A stretch of 59,128 bases of DNA from positions 1-59,128 of the forward strand of contig NZ_JAUSMI010000084.1 in the NCBI RefSeq assembly GCF_030645145.1, written 5' to 3'. The translations under genes and the position numbers were made by a program. Numbering within the stretch: the stretch's first letter is position 1; each line of letters starts with the position of its first letter. The notes beneath the pieces were generated by a model that was given only the letters and a program-made list of their open reading frames with translations, made no database searches and was not told the origin of the DNA. Origin of the DNA: Microcella sp. (GTDB lineage: Bacteria > Actinomycetota > Actinomycetes > Actinomycetales > Microbacteriaceae). Shown here piece after piece: positions 49,635-59,128 of this stretch.

Positions 49635-50639
49635 CTAGAGCCAGCGGCGGGCGCGGAAGATCGCGAAGAGCCCGACGCTCGTCGCGAGCATCGCGGCGAG
49701 CGCCGCCGGGTAGCCCCACGGCTCGTCGAGCTCGGGCATGAACGTGAAGTTCATGCCGTAGATCGTGCCGACGAGCGTCGGTGCGAAGAGGATGGCCGCC
49801 CACGAGGAGATCTTGCGCACCTCATTGCTCTGCACGAGCGAGGCCTCCCCGAGCGCCCGCATCTCGGCGTTCTGCCGCTGCGTCACGAGAGTGGAGTTCA
49901 CCTGCAGGGCGTTCTGCAGCACGGCCCGGAAGGTGTCGACGCGCTCTCCGACGCGCAGTGCATGGTCGAGCACGTCGGCGAAGGAGTCGCGGAGTCGGCC
50001 GTCGGGGGCTCCGACCGAGAGGGTGCGGATGATTCCCGGCAGCGGCTGCACCGCGCGCTGCAGCTCGATGACCTGGCGCGAGAGCTCGTAGATGCGGCGG
50101 CTGACGGCGTCGTCGCCGGCGAAGAGCTCGTCCTCGATCTCGTCGATGTCGTTCTCGAGCCCAGCCATGACCGGCGCGTATTCGTCGACGACCTCGTCGA
50201 GGATGGCGTAGAGGACGGCGCGCGGGCCGAGCGCGAGCAGCTCGGGGGCGCCCTCGAGGCGGCGGCGCACGGCCGCGAGGTCGGGTGACTCGGCGTGCCG
50301 CACGGTGATGACGGCGTCGGTCGAGACGAAGACGTGCAGCTCGCCGAGCTCGACGCGCTCGACCTCGTCGACGTAGCGGGCGGGCTTGAGCACGATGAAG
50401 TCGCCGCCGGAGTGCCGGTCGAGCTTGGAGCGCTGGTGCCCGTGATGCGCGTCCTCGACCGAGGTGGCGTTGAGCTCGAACTCGTCGGCGACGCCCGCGA
50501 GCTCGTCGGGGGTGGGCCGGTACATGCCGATCCAGGCCATGCCGCCGCGCTCGCGCGTCAGGTCGGCGACGACGTCGAGCGCGGGAGGATCGTCGGTGCG
50601 GGCGCCGTCGACGTAGACGGCCGTGTCGATCACGGGCAT
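49635..50639 (-). CDS. corA: CorA family Mg2+/Co2+ transporter
   Basis: YGMNF and MPEL signatures, two C-terminal TMs. Confidence 0.93.
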   Translation of the reverse strand: MPVIDTAVYVDGARTDDPPALDVVADLTRERGGMAWIGMYRPTPDELAGVADEFELNATSVEDAHHGHQRSKLDRHSGGDFIVLKPARYVDEVERVELGELHVFVSTDAVITVRHAESPDLAAVRRRLEGAPELLALGPRAVLYAILDEVVDEYAPVMAGLENDIDEIEDELFAGDDAVSRRIYELSRQVIELQRAVQPLPGIIRTLSVGAPDGRLRDSFADVLDHALRVGERVDTFRAVLQNALQVNSTLVTQRQNAEMRALGEASLVQSNEVRKISSWAAILFAPTLVGTIYGMNFTFMPELDEPWGYPAALAAMLATSVGLFAIFRARRWL

Positions 50640-50668
50640 GAGCCCTCCTTCGCGTCGCCGCCGACTCT

Positions 50669-50680
50669 AGTGTCTGACAA
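50669..50680. promoter_or_regulatory. Candidate GntR operator (autoregulatory)
   Basis: AGTGTCTGACAA just upstream of the TAGGCT -10 of gntR; matches the site at 55202-55213. Confidence 0.6.
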
Positions 50681-50723
50681 TGCTGTTAGGCTCCCCGCGC
50701 GCAGATGACGGAGGCCATCGAAG

Positions 50724-51458
50724 GTGTCCGTCGAGAGGAGGGCCGTGGACGAGTCGCTGTCCGTGACGACACTGCCCCACGCCGTCTACGAGGCGATGCG
50801 CGAGAGCATCCTCGCGCAGCGCGAGCCTCCGGGCGCCACGGTGACCGAGAAGGCTGTGGCCGACCGCTTCGGCGTCGCTCGGCCGACCGCGAAGGCGGCT
50901 CTCGAGCGACTCGTCGCGGAAGGGCTCCTGCGGCGGAGCACGCACAAGACCGCGCGCGTGCCGCAGCTCGACCGCGACGATATCGTCGACCTCTACGCCA
51001 ATCGTGCCGTGATCGAGGAGGCCGCTCTGCGCCTGCTCGCCGCCAGTGCATCCGCCCCCGCCGACGCCATCGATGCGCAGCGGGTCATCGTGTCGGCAGC
51101 AGCGAGCGACGCCGAGGGAGCCGACACCGGCTCGCTCGCCCGCGCCGACATCGCCTTCCACCGCGCGCTCGTCGAGGCGCAGCCCTCCCCGCGCCTCGCG
51201 CGTCTCCACGCGCTCCTGATGGGCGAGATCGAGCTGTGCATCGGGCAGGTCCTCGCTCATCGACTCCTCGCGCTCGACGACGTCATCGCCCAGCACCAGG
51301 GCATCCTCGACGCCGTCGCGCAGGGCGATGCCGAGCGTGCGGGCCACCTGACTCGCGCGCACATCGAGGGGGCGCGCGACCGTCTGCTCGGCTACTTCGA
51401 CGCGCAGCGCGACGCCCCGCCCGCCGCACGCGGTGGCGAACGGGGCGTCGACGGCTAG
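50724..51458 (+). CDS. GntR family regulator (FCD domain)
   Basis: FGVARPTAKAALERL HTH, DIAFH, QHQGILDAV. Confidence 0.9.
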   Translation: MSVERRAVDESLSVTTLPHAVYEAMRESILAQREPPGATVTEKAVADRFGVARPTAKAALERLVAEGLLRRSTHKTARVPQLDRDDIVDLYANRAVIEEAALRLLAASASAPADAIDAQRVIVSAAASDAEGADTGSLARADIAFHRALVEAQPSPRLARLHALLMGEIELCIGQVLAHRLLALDDVIAQHQGILDAVAQGDAERAGHLTRAHIEGARDRLLGYFDAQRDAPPAARGGERGVDG

Positions 51459-52216
51459 AACTGGATGCCGCGGGTCAGGGCTCCGTCGATGAGGAGGTTC
51501 GCGCCGCTGATGCGGCTCGCACGCGGGCTCGAGAGGAACACGACGCCGGCCGCGATCTCCTCCGCCGTTCCCATGCGGCCGGTGGGGTTCAGCCCCATGG
51601 CGAACGAGAACAGGTCGGGGTTGCCGCCCTCGATGCTCTGCCAGACACCGCCGGGAAAGTAGGTGTTGCCCGGCGACACGGTGTTGGCGCGGATGCCCTT
51701 CTCGGCGACCTGGAGGGCGACGCCGGCCATGTAGCCGATGATCGCCGTCTTGATCGTGCCGTAGGGCCCTGAGGCGAAGTCCGCCTCGCGGCCGGACACG
51801 CTCGAGATCGCGACCGCCGACTTCACATCGCTCGCCTCGAGGTGCGGCAGGGCGGCCTTCACGAGGTTCACGGTTCCCATGAGGTCGACGCGGAACGACG
51901 CCTCCCAGTTCTCGTCGGTGTCGGGGATGGCGAGGGCGCTGACGTTGGCGACGACCATGTCGATGCCTCCGAACTCGTTCGCCGTCGAGGCGACCCAGGC
52001 GCGGACGCCCTCCGCATCCCCGACGTCGAGCACGGTCCCGATGGCTTTGACGCCCATCGCCTCGATCGCGGCCTGCGTGCTCTCCACCTCCGCGGCGTCC
52101 CTCGCGCAGAAGGCGACGTCGGCCCCCTCCGCCGCGAACCCCTCCACGATGGCGCGGCCGATCCCCTTGGTGCCTCCCGTGACGAGGGCGGTCTTGCCGG
52201 TGATTCCCAGATCCAT
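51455..52216 (-). CDS. SDR family oxidoreductase
   Basis: TGGTKGIG, YGTIK, ANTVSPG. Confidence 0.92.
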   Translation of the reverse strand: MDLGITGKTALVTGGTKGIGRAIVEGFAAEGADVAFCARDAAEVESTQAAIEAMGVKAIGTVLDVGDAEGVRAWVASTANEFGGIDMVVANVSALAIPDTDENWEASFRVDLMGTVNLVKAALPHLEASDVKSAVAISSVSGREADFASGPYGTIKTAIIGYMAGVALQVAEKGIRANTVSPGNTYFPGGVWQSIEGGNPDLFSFAMGLNPTGRMGTAEEIAAGVVFLSSPRASRISGANLLIDGALTRGIQF

Positions 52217-52240
52217 GTCGTTCTCCTTCGGTTCGGTCGG

Positions 52241-52810
52241 TCAGGCGCGCAGTGGTGCGCCGACGGGCAGGACGGCCTTCGCGTACATCTCGTTGATGAG
52301 GAACGCGAATGCGAGGTAGATGGCGAGTGCGCCGGTGATGACTCCTTCGATCCCGCCGAACAGGCTGATGGCGGCGTTACCCGTGAGCGCGCCGATGCCG
52401 AGGGAGCCGAGCAGGACCGCGGTGAGCGCGAGAATGATCGTGAGCATCCGCGGGGCGACCGCCGAGGCGAACACGAGGCCGATCGTGAAGACCATCCAGA
52501 GGAGCAGGTACCACCCGATCGCGACGGACGACACCGTCCACCATCCGTTGATGGCGCCGATGTTGAGGAAGGCGAACGACAGCCAGAGGAACGAGTACCC
52601 GCCGAAGGCGGTCACACCGAACGTGTCGCCGAGTCGGAAGGCCATGACGGCGACGATCGTCTGAGCGATGCCGCCGAAGAAGACGCCCATGATGAGCACC
52701 ATCCCGTCGACGGCGTACAGGCCGCTGTTGGCGAGGCTCAGGAGCACGGTCGAGACGCCGTAGCCCAGGAGCCCGAGGACGGCCGGGTTGGCGGCCTTCT
52801 GTTCGTTCAT
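52241..52810 (-). CDS. GPR1/FUN34/YaaH (SatP-like) carboxylate channel
   Basis: ANPAVLGL N-terminal signature, six TMs; GGAG RBS. Confidence 0.9.
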   Translation of the reverse strand: MNEQKAANPAVLGLLGYGVSTVLLSLANSGLYAVDGMVLIMGVFFGGIAQTIVAVMAFRLGDTFGVTAFGGYSFLWLSFAFLNIGAINGWWTVSSVAIGWYLLLWMVFTIGLVFASAVAPRMLTIILALTAVLLGSLGIGALTGNAAISLFGGIEGVITGALAIYLAFAFLINEMYAKAVLPVGAPLRA

Positions 52811-52877
52811 GCGATTCTCCACTTCATTGTGGGTAGGGGTGGATGGAATGGTGCTCCGCCGCGGTGCGCGGCCATCG

Positions 52878-53879
52878 CTAGCGCAGCTGTCGAGCCGCCT
52901 GGCGAAGTTCGTGGTGGATGCCGTCGTAGGCGACGCCGCCGGGCATGAGCGACTTCGCGACCTTGACGACGACGCTGTAGTTGGCGTCGACGGCGTTGGC
53001 GATCGGCGCGAGCGAGGTCTGCGTGAGGAGCTGGTAGGCATCCATCGCGTGGAGCCCGAACATCTCGGTGAACCACGTGACCATGTCCAGCTGGGCGATG
53101 CGCCACGAGTCCTCCATCGGACGGGAGGAGCCGACGACCATCCAGTAGTCGTCGTTCTCGAGCCGCGGCCAGAGCGGCGCGGAGCCCTTGATGAGCTCGA
53201 CGATGATGACCGAGTTCATGGCTCCCTCGACGGCGGTGCCGCACGCCTCCCCCTCCCCCTGGCGGTAGTGGCCGTCGCCGATGGAGAACAGGGCGCCCTC
53301 GACGTTCACGCCGAGGTAGGCGGTCGTGCCGATCTTCATCTCAGGGGTGTCCATGTTCCCGCCGAAGCGCTCCGGCACGAGGCTCGTCCGCACCTCGCTC
53401 GCACCGGGCGCGAGTCCGACCGTCCCGAGCATCGGTTCGAGCGGCAGGGACACCTCGAAGTCGCCGAACCGGGCCTGGAAGCCCACGGTCTGGCGAGCCG
53501 TGTCGACCTCGTAGATCCAGGTGGCTTCGGGAAGGGCATCCTGCAGCAGGGCAGTGCGATCGGTGCCCGTGAGCCCTCCGAAGAACGGGATCGTCGACGA
53601 CGCCCCGAAGCTGCGGGCGGGGGTGAGATCGACGATGTGGAGGGCGAGGGTGTCGCCCGGTTCGGCGCCGTCGACGTAGAAGGGCCCCGTCTGCGGGTTC
53701 ACGTACCGGATGTCGATGTGCTGACTGGGCAGGTGGTCGACGGAGGTGAGGGCGAAGTTGAAGGCGTCCTCCGACCAGAGGCGCATCGCGGTGCCGGGCT
53801 TGATGCGCATCGCCGGCTCGGCGCCGCCGAAGGTGTAGACGTACTGCGAACGCTCCGGGGTGAACGCGATCTCGCGCAT
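52878..53879 (-). CDS. Acetamidase/formamidase family protein
   Basis: NPQTGPF, GGNMD, GDGHYRQGEGE. Confidence 0.92.
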   Translation of the reverse strand: MREIAFTPERSQYVYTFGGAEPAMRIKPGTAMRLWSEDAFNFALTSVDHLPSQHIDIRYVNPQTGPFYVDGAEPGDTLALHIVDLTPARSFGASSTIPFFGGLTGTDRTALLQDALPEATWIYEVDTARQTVGFQARFGDFEVSLPLEPMLGTVGLAPGASEVRTSLVPERFGGNMDTPEMKIGTTAYLGVNVEGALFSIGDGHYRQGEGEACGTAVEGAMNSVIIVELIKGSAPLWPRLENDDYWMVVGSSRPMEDSWRIAQLDMVTWFTEMFGLHAMDAYQLLTQTSLAPIANAVDANYSVVVKVAKSLMPGGVAYDGIHHELRQAARQLR

Positions 53880-53896
53880 GAGGGCGGTCCTTCCGA

Positions 53897-55144
53897 TCAG
53901 TCGATGTGGGAGGAGGTACGGGGGGAGGTGCGGGGGTTGAGCAGCGTGACGTGCTGCGGGCCGAGCTCGTCGAGGCTCGTCACGCCCAGCAGTCGCATGG
54001 TGCGCGTGATCTGATCCGAGAGGATGCTCAGCGCGCGCTCGACGCCCTCCTGGCCGCCCGCCATGAGCCCGTAGAGGTAGGCGCGGCCGATGAGGGTGCT
54101 GCGTGCGCCGAGCGCGACCGCCGCGACGACGTCGGCGCCCGACATGATGCCCGTGTCGACGAGGATCTCGAGGTCGGAGCCGACCTCCTTCGCGACGGCC
54201 GGCAGCAGCTGGAGGGGCACGGGAGCACGGTCGAGCTGGCGGCCGCCGTGGTTCGAGAGCACGATGCCGTCGACGCCGAGGGCCGCGAGGGCGACGGCGT
54301 CGTCGAGCGACTGGACGCCCTTGACGACGAGCTTCCCGCTCCACATCTCGCGGATCCAGCGCAGGTCGTCGAAGGTGACGCTCGGGTCGAACATCGTGTC
54401 GATGAGCTCGGCGACGGTGCCGTCCCACTCCGACAGGCTCGCGAACGCGAGCGGCTCGGTCGTGAGGAAGTCGATCCACCAGGCCGGCCGCGGGATGGCG
54501 TTGACGATCGTTCCCAGGGTGAGCGCGGGCGGGATCGACATGCCGTTGCGCTTGTCGCGCAGTCGCGCCCCGGCGACGGGCACATCGACGGTCACGAGCA
54601 GGGTGTCGTAGCCGGCCTGCGCGGCGCGCTCGACGAGCGTCATCGATCGCTCGCGGTCGCGCCACAGGTACAGCTGGAACCAGGCGCGGCCGTCGGGGAT
54701 CGCCTCGCGCACCGCCTCGATCGATGCCGTGCCCATCGTCGACAAGCTGAAGGGGATGCCGAATGCGTCGGCGGCGCGGGCGCCGGCGATCTCGCCCTCG
54801 GTCTGCATCATCCGGGTGAAGCCGGTCGGGGCGATCGCGAGCGGGAGCGCGCTCGGTCCGCCGAGCACGGTGCGCTCGGTGCTGACCTCGGAGACGTCGC
54901 GGAGGATCGATGGGTGGAACTCGATGTCGAGGTACGCCTGGCGAGCTCGAGCGAGCGAGATCTCGGCCTCGGCCGCGCCGTCCGTGTAATCGAACGGCGC
55001 TTTCGGCGTGCGGCGCTTGGCGATGATCCGGAGGTCCTCGATCGTCAGGGCCCCGTTGAGCCGGCGGCGGCGTCCGTTGAGCTCGGGCCGCCGGAAGCGC
55101 ATCAGAGGAGCGAGCTCTCGGGGGTTGGGCCACTGGCGCCGCAC
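53897..55144 (-). CDS. FMN-dependent alpha-hydroxy acid dehydrogenase (L-lactate dehydrogenase-like)
   Basis: [20 protein letters not shown]. Confidence 0.93.
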   Translation of the reverse strand: MRRQWPNPRELAPLMRFRRPELNGRRRRLNGALTIEDLRIIAKRRTPKAPFDYTDGAAEAEISLARARQAYLDIEFHPSILRDVSEVSTERTVLGGPSALPLAIAPTGFTRMMQTEGEIAGARAADAFGIPFSLSTMGTASIEAVREAIPDGRAWFQLYLWRDRERSMTLVERAAQAGYDTLLVTVDVPVAGARLRDKRNGMSIPPALTLGTIVNAIPRPAWWIDFLTTEPLAFASLSEWDGTVAELIDTMFDPSVTFDDLRWIREMWSGKLVVKGVQSLDDAVALAALGVDGIVLSNHGGRQLDRAPVPLQLLPAVAKEVGSDLEILVDTGIMSGADVVAAVALGARSTLIGRAYLYGLMAGGQEGVERALSILSDQITRTMRLLGVTSLDELGPQHVTLLNPRTSPRTSSHID

Positions 55145-55201
55145 TGCGCACCGCCTTTCGCTGTCGGGGGGTGATCAGCACAGTACGTTGAGTCGGTACA
55201 T

Positions 55202-55213
55202 TTGTCTAACACT
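55202..55213. promoter_or_regulatory. Candidate GntR operator upstream of the hydroxy-acid/amidase operon
   Basis: Minus strand AGTGTTAGACAA versus AGTGTCTGACAA at 50669. Confidence 0.6.
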
Positions 55214-55273
55214 TTTTGCGAGCGTGCCGATTCTCGGCAGCGGCGGACACCCCGCGCGACCTCGGCGGGGGTC

Positions 55274-56242
55274 TCAGCCGCGGGCGGCGAGCAGCTGCGC
55301 CTCGAGGCGCTCGACGTCGTCGCGGTGGCAGAGCTCGGTGGCCTCCGTCATCGCGGTCGCGGTGCCCGCGGCGATCCCGGCCCGGAAGGCGGCGTCGAGG
55401 TCGCGGCCCTGCGCGAGGCGCAGGACGAGCGCGGCGAGGAACGAGTCGCCCGCGCCGACGGTCGAATGCACCTCGACGGGCGGGACCTCCAGTCGCGTGA
55501 CGCTCTCGGCCGTGACGAGCACGGCACCATCGCCTCCGAGCGTCAGCGCGACGACCTCGGCGGCGCCGCGGGCCACGAGCTCGCGGGCGGCCTCCACGCG
55601 CGACTCGAGGTCGGGCAGCGCGCGGCCGACGAGCTCGCCGAGCTCGCGCCCCGACGGCTTCACGAGGTGCACGCCCTCGCGGAGGGCGGCGGCGAGCGCG
55701 GGGCCCGAGGCATCCACGATGCAGCGCGCCCCGATCGCCTTCGCGGCCCGCGCGACGCGCGCGTAGAAGTCATCGGGCATGCCGGGCGAGAGGGATCCGC
55801 TCGCGACGACGTAGCCGCCGGGCGTCATCGCGCGCTGCGTCGCGGTGAGGCACTCGATCCACTCGTCGGTCGTCAGGTGCGGGCCCTGCAGCACGAAGCG
55901 GAACTGGCGGCCGGTCGAGAGCTCGTCGACCGTGACGTTCTCGCGCGTTGACCCGTCGATGGGGATCGCGCGACCGATGATGCCGTCGGCCTCGAGCAGC
56001 TGCCGGTAGGCCCGGCCCGTCGGCCCGCCGACGGCGTAGATCGCGATCGACTGCCCGCCGAGGCGATGGATGACGCGGCTCACGTTCACGCCGCCGCCGC
56101 CCGCGTCGGTCCGGCTCGGCCCGCAGCGCAGCTTGTGCTCGGGCTCGACGCGCTCGGTGGACGTCGAGACGTCGAGCGCGGGGTTCACGGTGAGCGTCAC
56201 GACGGGCGCCGGCTGCGCGGGGTGGACGACGGGCTCGGTCAT
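55274..56242 (-). CDS. 1-phosphofructokinase family hexose kinase (PfkB)
   Basis: TVNPALD, GGGGVNVSR, STVGAGDSF. Confidence 0.92.
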   Translation of the reverse strand: MTEPVVHPAQPAPVVTLTVNPALDVSTSTERVEPEHKLRCGPSRTDAGGGGVNVSRVIHRLGGQSIAIYAVGGPTGRAYRQLLEADGIIGRAIPIDGSTRENVTVDELSTGRQFRFVLQGPHLTTDEWIECLTATQRAMTPGGYVVASGSLSPGMPDDFYARVARAAKAIGARCIVDASGPALAAALREGVHLVKPSGRELGELVGRALPDLESRVEAARELVARGAAEVVALTLGGDGAVLVTAESVTRLEVPPVEVHSTVGAGDSFLAALVLRLAQGRDLDAAFRAGIAAGTATAMTEATELCHRDDVERLEAQLLAARG

Positions 56243-56252
56243 GCCGCAGAGC

Positions 56253-56768
56253 CTAGGCCTCGGCGGCGGCCTGCAGGAGGGAGACCTCGTCGCGGCGCTT
56301 CTGCCGGCGGTGGTTGAGCACCTCGATGAGCACGAGCACGCCGACGAGCAGCCCGGTGAACAACGCGGCCTCGAGCGGACTCCGCATCGCGAGCTCGGCG
56401 ATCGCCTCGTAGGTGGCGACGCCGACGACGCCCCAGATGAGCGCCCAGGCGAGACCGCCGACCGCGAGGGCGGGGAGGTACGCGAGGAGAGGCATCCGCA
56501 GCACGCCCGCGGCGAGGTTGGCGAGCGTCTGGAAGCCGACCGTCAGGAAGGACGCAGCGACGACGGGCGCGCCCCAGCGCTCGACGATGCGCTCTGCGCG
56601 GCGGAAGCGCGGCGTCTCGAGCCGCGCCTTGAGCCGCGTGCGGCCGGCGCCGCCGCGCACCCCGCGACCGAGCGCGTAGGTCGCCCCGCCGCGCAGCAGC
56701 ACGACGACGTAGAAGAGACCGACGGCGAGTGGGAGCGGCAGGCCGAACGCGGTGTCGAACGGCTCCAT
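56253..56768 (-). CDS. DedA/VTT family membrane protein
   Basis: YALGR, RWG..., NLAAGVLRMP pattern. Confidence 0.82.
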   Translation of the reverse strand: MEPFDTAFGLPLPLAVGLFYVVVLLRGGATYALGRGVRGGAGRTRLKARLETPRFRRAERIVERWGAPVVAASFLTVGFQTLANLAAGVLRMPLLAYLPALAVGGLAWALIWGVVGVATYEAIAELAMRSPLEAALFTGLLVGVLVLIEVLNHRRQKRRDEVSLLQAAAEA

Positions 56769-56859
56769 GGCCTCAGCCTATTGAGCGGTGTTCGCGGATG
56801 CCCGGGGCGAAGGTCCCGGATTCCGCGGGCGCTCCGGGCGGCCGCCTCCCGGTCGCGCC

Positions 56860-58419
56860 TCATCGCCCGACCCGGACCATGCTCCACGACGCGGCGGGCA
56901 GGGTGAGGTGGACGCCGTCGCCCTCGGCGCGCGCCGTGGGGTTCGGGCGCGGGGGCGCGGCGTCGCCGTGGCCCGCGGTCGCATCCTCGACGGAGTCCCC
57001 CGCGCTCATCGTGACCGCCTCGAGCACGCGCAGCCCGCCGAGCCCGCGGCCGAGCTCGCCGCGCAGGTCGATCGTCGTCTCGACGGCGCCCTCGGGGAGC
57101 CGGTTGACGAGGAGGACGACCACTCCCCCGGTCTCCCCGCGCACCGCGGCGGCGCTGATCGCGGGCACCTCGCCGTGCAGCGAGGTGACCGAGACCGGCC
57201 CGTCGACGGTCGTCGCGAGGCTCGTCCCGCGCGCGTGCCGCGACGTGAGGCTGAAGGGGTGGAAGGTCGTCCGGCGCCGGGCGGGCCCATCGGCGGGCGC
57301 CGCGATCGGCGCGATGACGTTGACGACCTGCGCGAGGCACGCCGTCGTGACGCGGTCGGCGCGGCCGAGCATCGTGATGAGCAGGTCGCCGACGACGACG
57401 GCATCGGCGGTCGTGTACTCGTCCTCGCTCAGCGCGGGAGCCTCGGGCCAGTCGTCCCCCGTCGGCAGAGTCGCGGCCATGCGCGACTGGTACCAGACGT
57501 TCCACTCGTCGACCGAGATCGCGAGGGTCTTCGCGCTTCCGCGCTCGTCGCGCACGGCATCCGCGTGCTCGATGACGGCGCCGAGGTAGGCGTCCATGAC
57601 CGCGCCCGAGGCGAGGAAGGACGCGAGGTCGTCGCCCGTCGGCTCGGCGTAGAAGTGGGCCGAGATGACGTCGACGTCGTCGTAGGCGTGGCGGAGCACG
57701 GTGCGCTCCCACTCGCCGAAGGTCGGCATGAGGGGCCCCGATGAGCCGCACGCGACGAGCTCGAGGTCGGGCTCGATCATGCGCATGGCCTTCGCCGTGC
57801 GCGCCGCGAGGCTGCCGTACTCGTCGGCGGTGAGCTGGCCGAGCTGCCACGGGCCGTCGAGCTCGTTCCCGAGGCACCACATGCGCACGTCGAACGGCTC
57901 CTCGCGCCCGTTGCGGCGGCGCTGCTCGGCGCGCTCGGTGCCGTGCGGGATGCGCGCGTACTCGAGCAGATCGGTCGCCTCGAGCACGCCCCGGGTTCCG
58001 AGATTCGTCGCGAGCATGAGCTCGCCGTCGACCCGCTCGACCCAGTCGGCGAACTCGTGCAGCCCGACGGCGTTCGTCTCGGTGCTGTGCCACGCGAGGT
58101 TGAGGCGGCGCGGTCGCGACGCGCGCGGGCCCACGCCGTCCTCCCACCGGTAGCCGGAGACGAAGTTGCCGCCCGGGTAGCGGAAGACGGTCATGCCGAG
58201 CTCGCGGACGAGCTCGATGACGTCGGCGCGGAAGCCGTCGGCGTCGGCCGCGGGGTGGGCCGGGTCGTAGAGGCCGCCGTAGACGCCGCGGCCCATGTGC
58301 TCGACGAAGCCGCCGAACAGGCGCCGGTTCACGGGGCCGATCGGGTTCGCGCCGTCGACGGTGATCGTCGCGGTCGCGGGGTCGGTCGCGGTCGCGGGGT
58401 CAGTCGCGGGGTCGGTCAC
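56860..58419 (-). CDS. GH51 alpha-L-arabinofuranosidase
   Basis: FVEHMGR, RYPGGNF, CLGNE, DEWNVW. Confidence 0.93.
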   Translation of the reverse strand: MTDPATDPATATDPATATITVDGANPIGPVNRRLFGGFVEHMGRGVYGGLYDPAHPAADADGFRADVIELVRELGMTVFRYPGGNFVSGYRWEDGVGPRASRPRRLNLAWHSTETNAVGLHEFADWVERVDGELMLATNLGTRGVLEATDLLEYARIPHGTERAEQRRRNGREEPFDVRMWCLGNELDGPWQLGQLTADEYGSLAARTAKAMRMIEPDLELVACGSSGPLMPTFGEWERTVLRHAYDDVDVISAHFYAEPTGDDLASFLASGAVMDAYLGAVIEHADAVRDERGSAKTLAISVDEWNVWYQSRMAATLPTGDDWPEAPALSEDEYTTADAVVVGDLLITMLGRADRVTTACLAQVVNVIAPIAAPADGPARRRTTFHPFSLTSRHARGTSLATTVDGPVSVTSLHGEVPAISAAAVRGETGGVVVLLVNRLPEGAVETTIDLRGELGRGLGGLRVLEAVTMSAGDSVEDATAGHGDAAPPRPNPTARAEGDGVHLTLPAASWSMVRVGR

Positions 58420-59128
58420 GCCCAGTCCCGGCGCGCGGCCTCCGTCGCGTAGGCGGCGCGCACGTGCGGGGCGGCGGGATGCTCGACCGCGGCATGCACC
58501 GTGAGCGGCCACTCGGGCAGCGCGCCGACGAGCAGCCCCGCCGCCTGCCGCGCGGCCCCGCGGGCGACGTACTCCCCCGGCTCGGGCACGACGACGGGGA
58601 GGCCGAGCACCTCGGAGGCTATGCCGGGCACCGCGCGCGAGCGCGCGGCGCCCCCGACGAGCAGCAGGCGCCGCGGTCGCAGGCCCTGGCGCACGATGGC
58701 GTCGAGGCCGTCGGCGAGGCCGCAGAGCATCCCCTCGATCGCGGCGCGCGCGAGGTTCTCGCGCGTCGTCGAGGCGAGCGTCATGCCGCCGAGCGAGGCG
58801 GTCGCGTCGGGGAGGTTGGGGGTGCGCTCGCCCTCGAAGTAGGGCAGCAGCACGAGCCCGCCCGCGCCGGGCGACGCCGCGAGCGCGAGGTCGGCGAGCC
58901 CGTCGTGGTCGACGCCGAGGAGGGTCGCGGTGGTGTCGAGCACGCGCGCGGCGTTGAGGGTCGCGACGAGCGGCAGGAACGCGCCGTCGGCGGACGCGAA
59001 GCCCGCGACCGTCCCGCTCGCGTCGCGCACGGGCTCGGGCGTGACGGCGAAGACCGTGCCGCTCGTGCCGAGCGAGATGACGACGTCGCCGGCCGACGCG
59101 CCGAGCCCGAGGGCCGCGGCGGCGTTGT
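58416..59128 (-). CDS. xylB: Xylulokinase (FGGY), 5' part outside the window
   Basis: [28 protein letters not shown]. Confidence 0.85.
   Translation of the reverse strand, partial: NAAAALGLGASAGDVVISLGTSGTVFAVTPEPVRDASGTVAGFASADGAFLPLVATLNAARVLDTTATLLGVDHDGLADLALAASPGAGGLVLLPYFEGERTPNLPDATASLGGMTLASTTRENLARAAIEGMLCGLADGLDAIVRQGLRPRRLLLVGGAARSRAVPGIASEVLGLPVVVPEPGEYVARGAARQAAGLLVGALPEWPLTVHAAVEHPAAPHVRAAYATEAARRDWA

Overview
High-GC (roughly 70-73% by eye) actinobacterial chromosome segment. Gene content and synteny (pheA-DAG kinase-serS-HAD-tRNA-Ser-LCP) suggest Microbacteriaceae (inference). About 60 genes: pseudouridine catabolism, acs, a valine/isobutyryl-CoA catabolic operon headed by etfBA plus a di-heme cytochrome b, three tRNAs with accessory genes between them (GNAT, orphan kinase, HigBA-type TA, YfbM-like), two tandem LCP genes, serS/pheA/pgm, a CebEFG-BglC-CebR cellobiose locus, and two uncharacterised regulated catabolic clusters (PucR-APC-SDR-SDR-ureohydrolase-CE4 hydrolase; GntR with FMN hydroxy-acid dehydrogenase-amidase-SatP-SDR). 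The window ends in arabinofuranosidase/xylulokinase. No integrase, transposase, rRNA or CRISPR array was seen. The most unusual signals are: (i) a non-coding element family CCRAATGCA-N63-TGCATTYGG with exactly conserved length but unrelated interiors (3 copies), plus a second palindromic family, both found next to tandem-repeat expansions; (ii) an ETF-linked cytochrome b that could be an undescribed ETF:quinone oxidoreductase; (iii) the two orphan catabolic clusters; (iv) an apparently over-represented GGATGC/GCATCC hexamer. Starts were refined by eye and functions are motif-based; no database searches were run.
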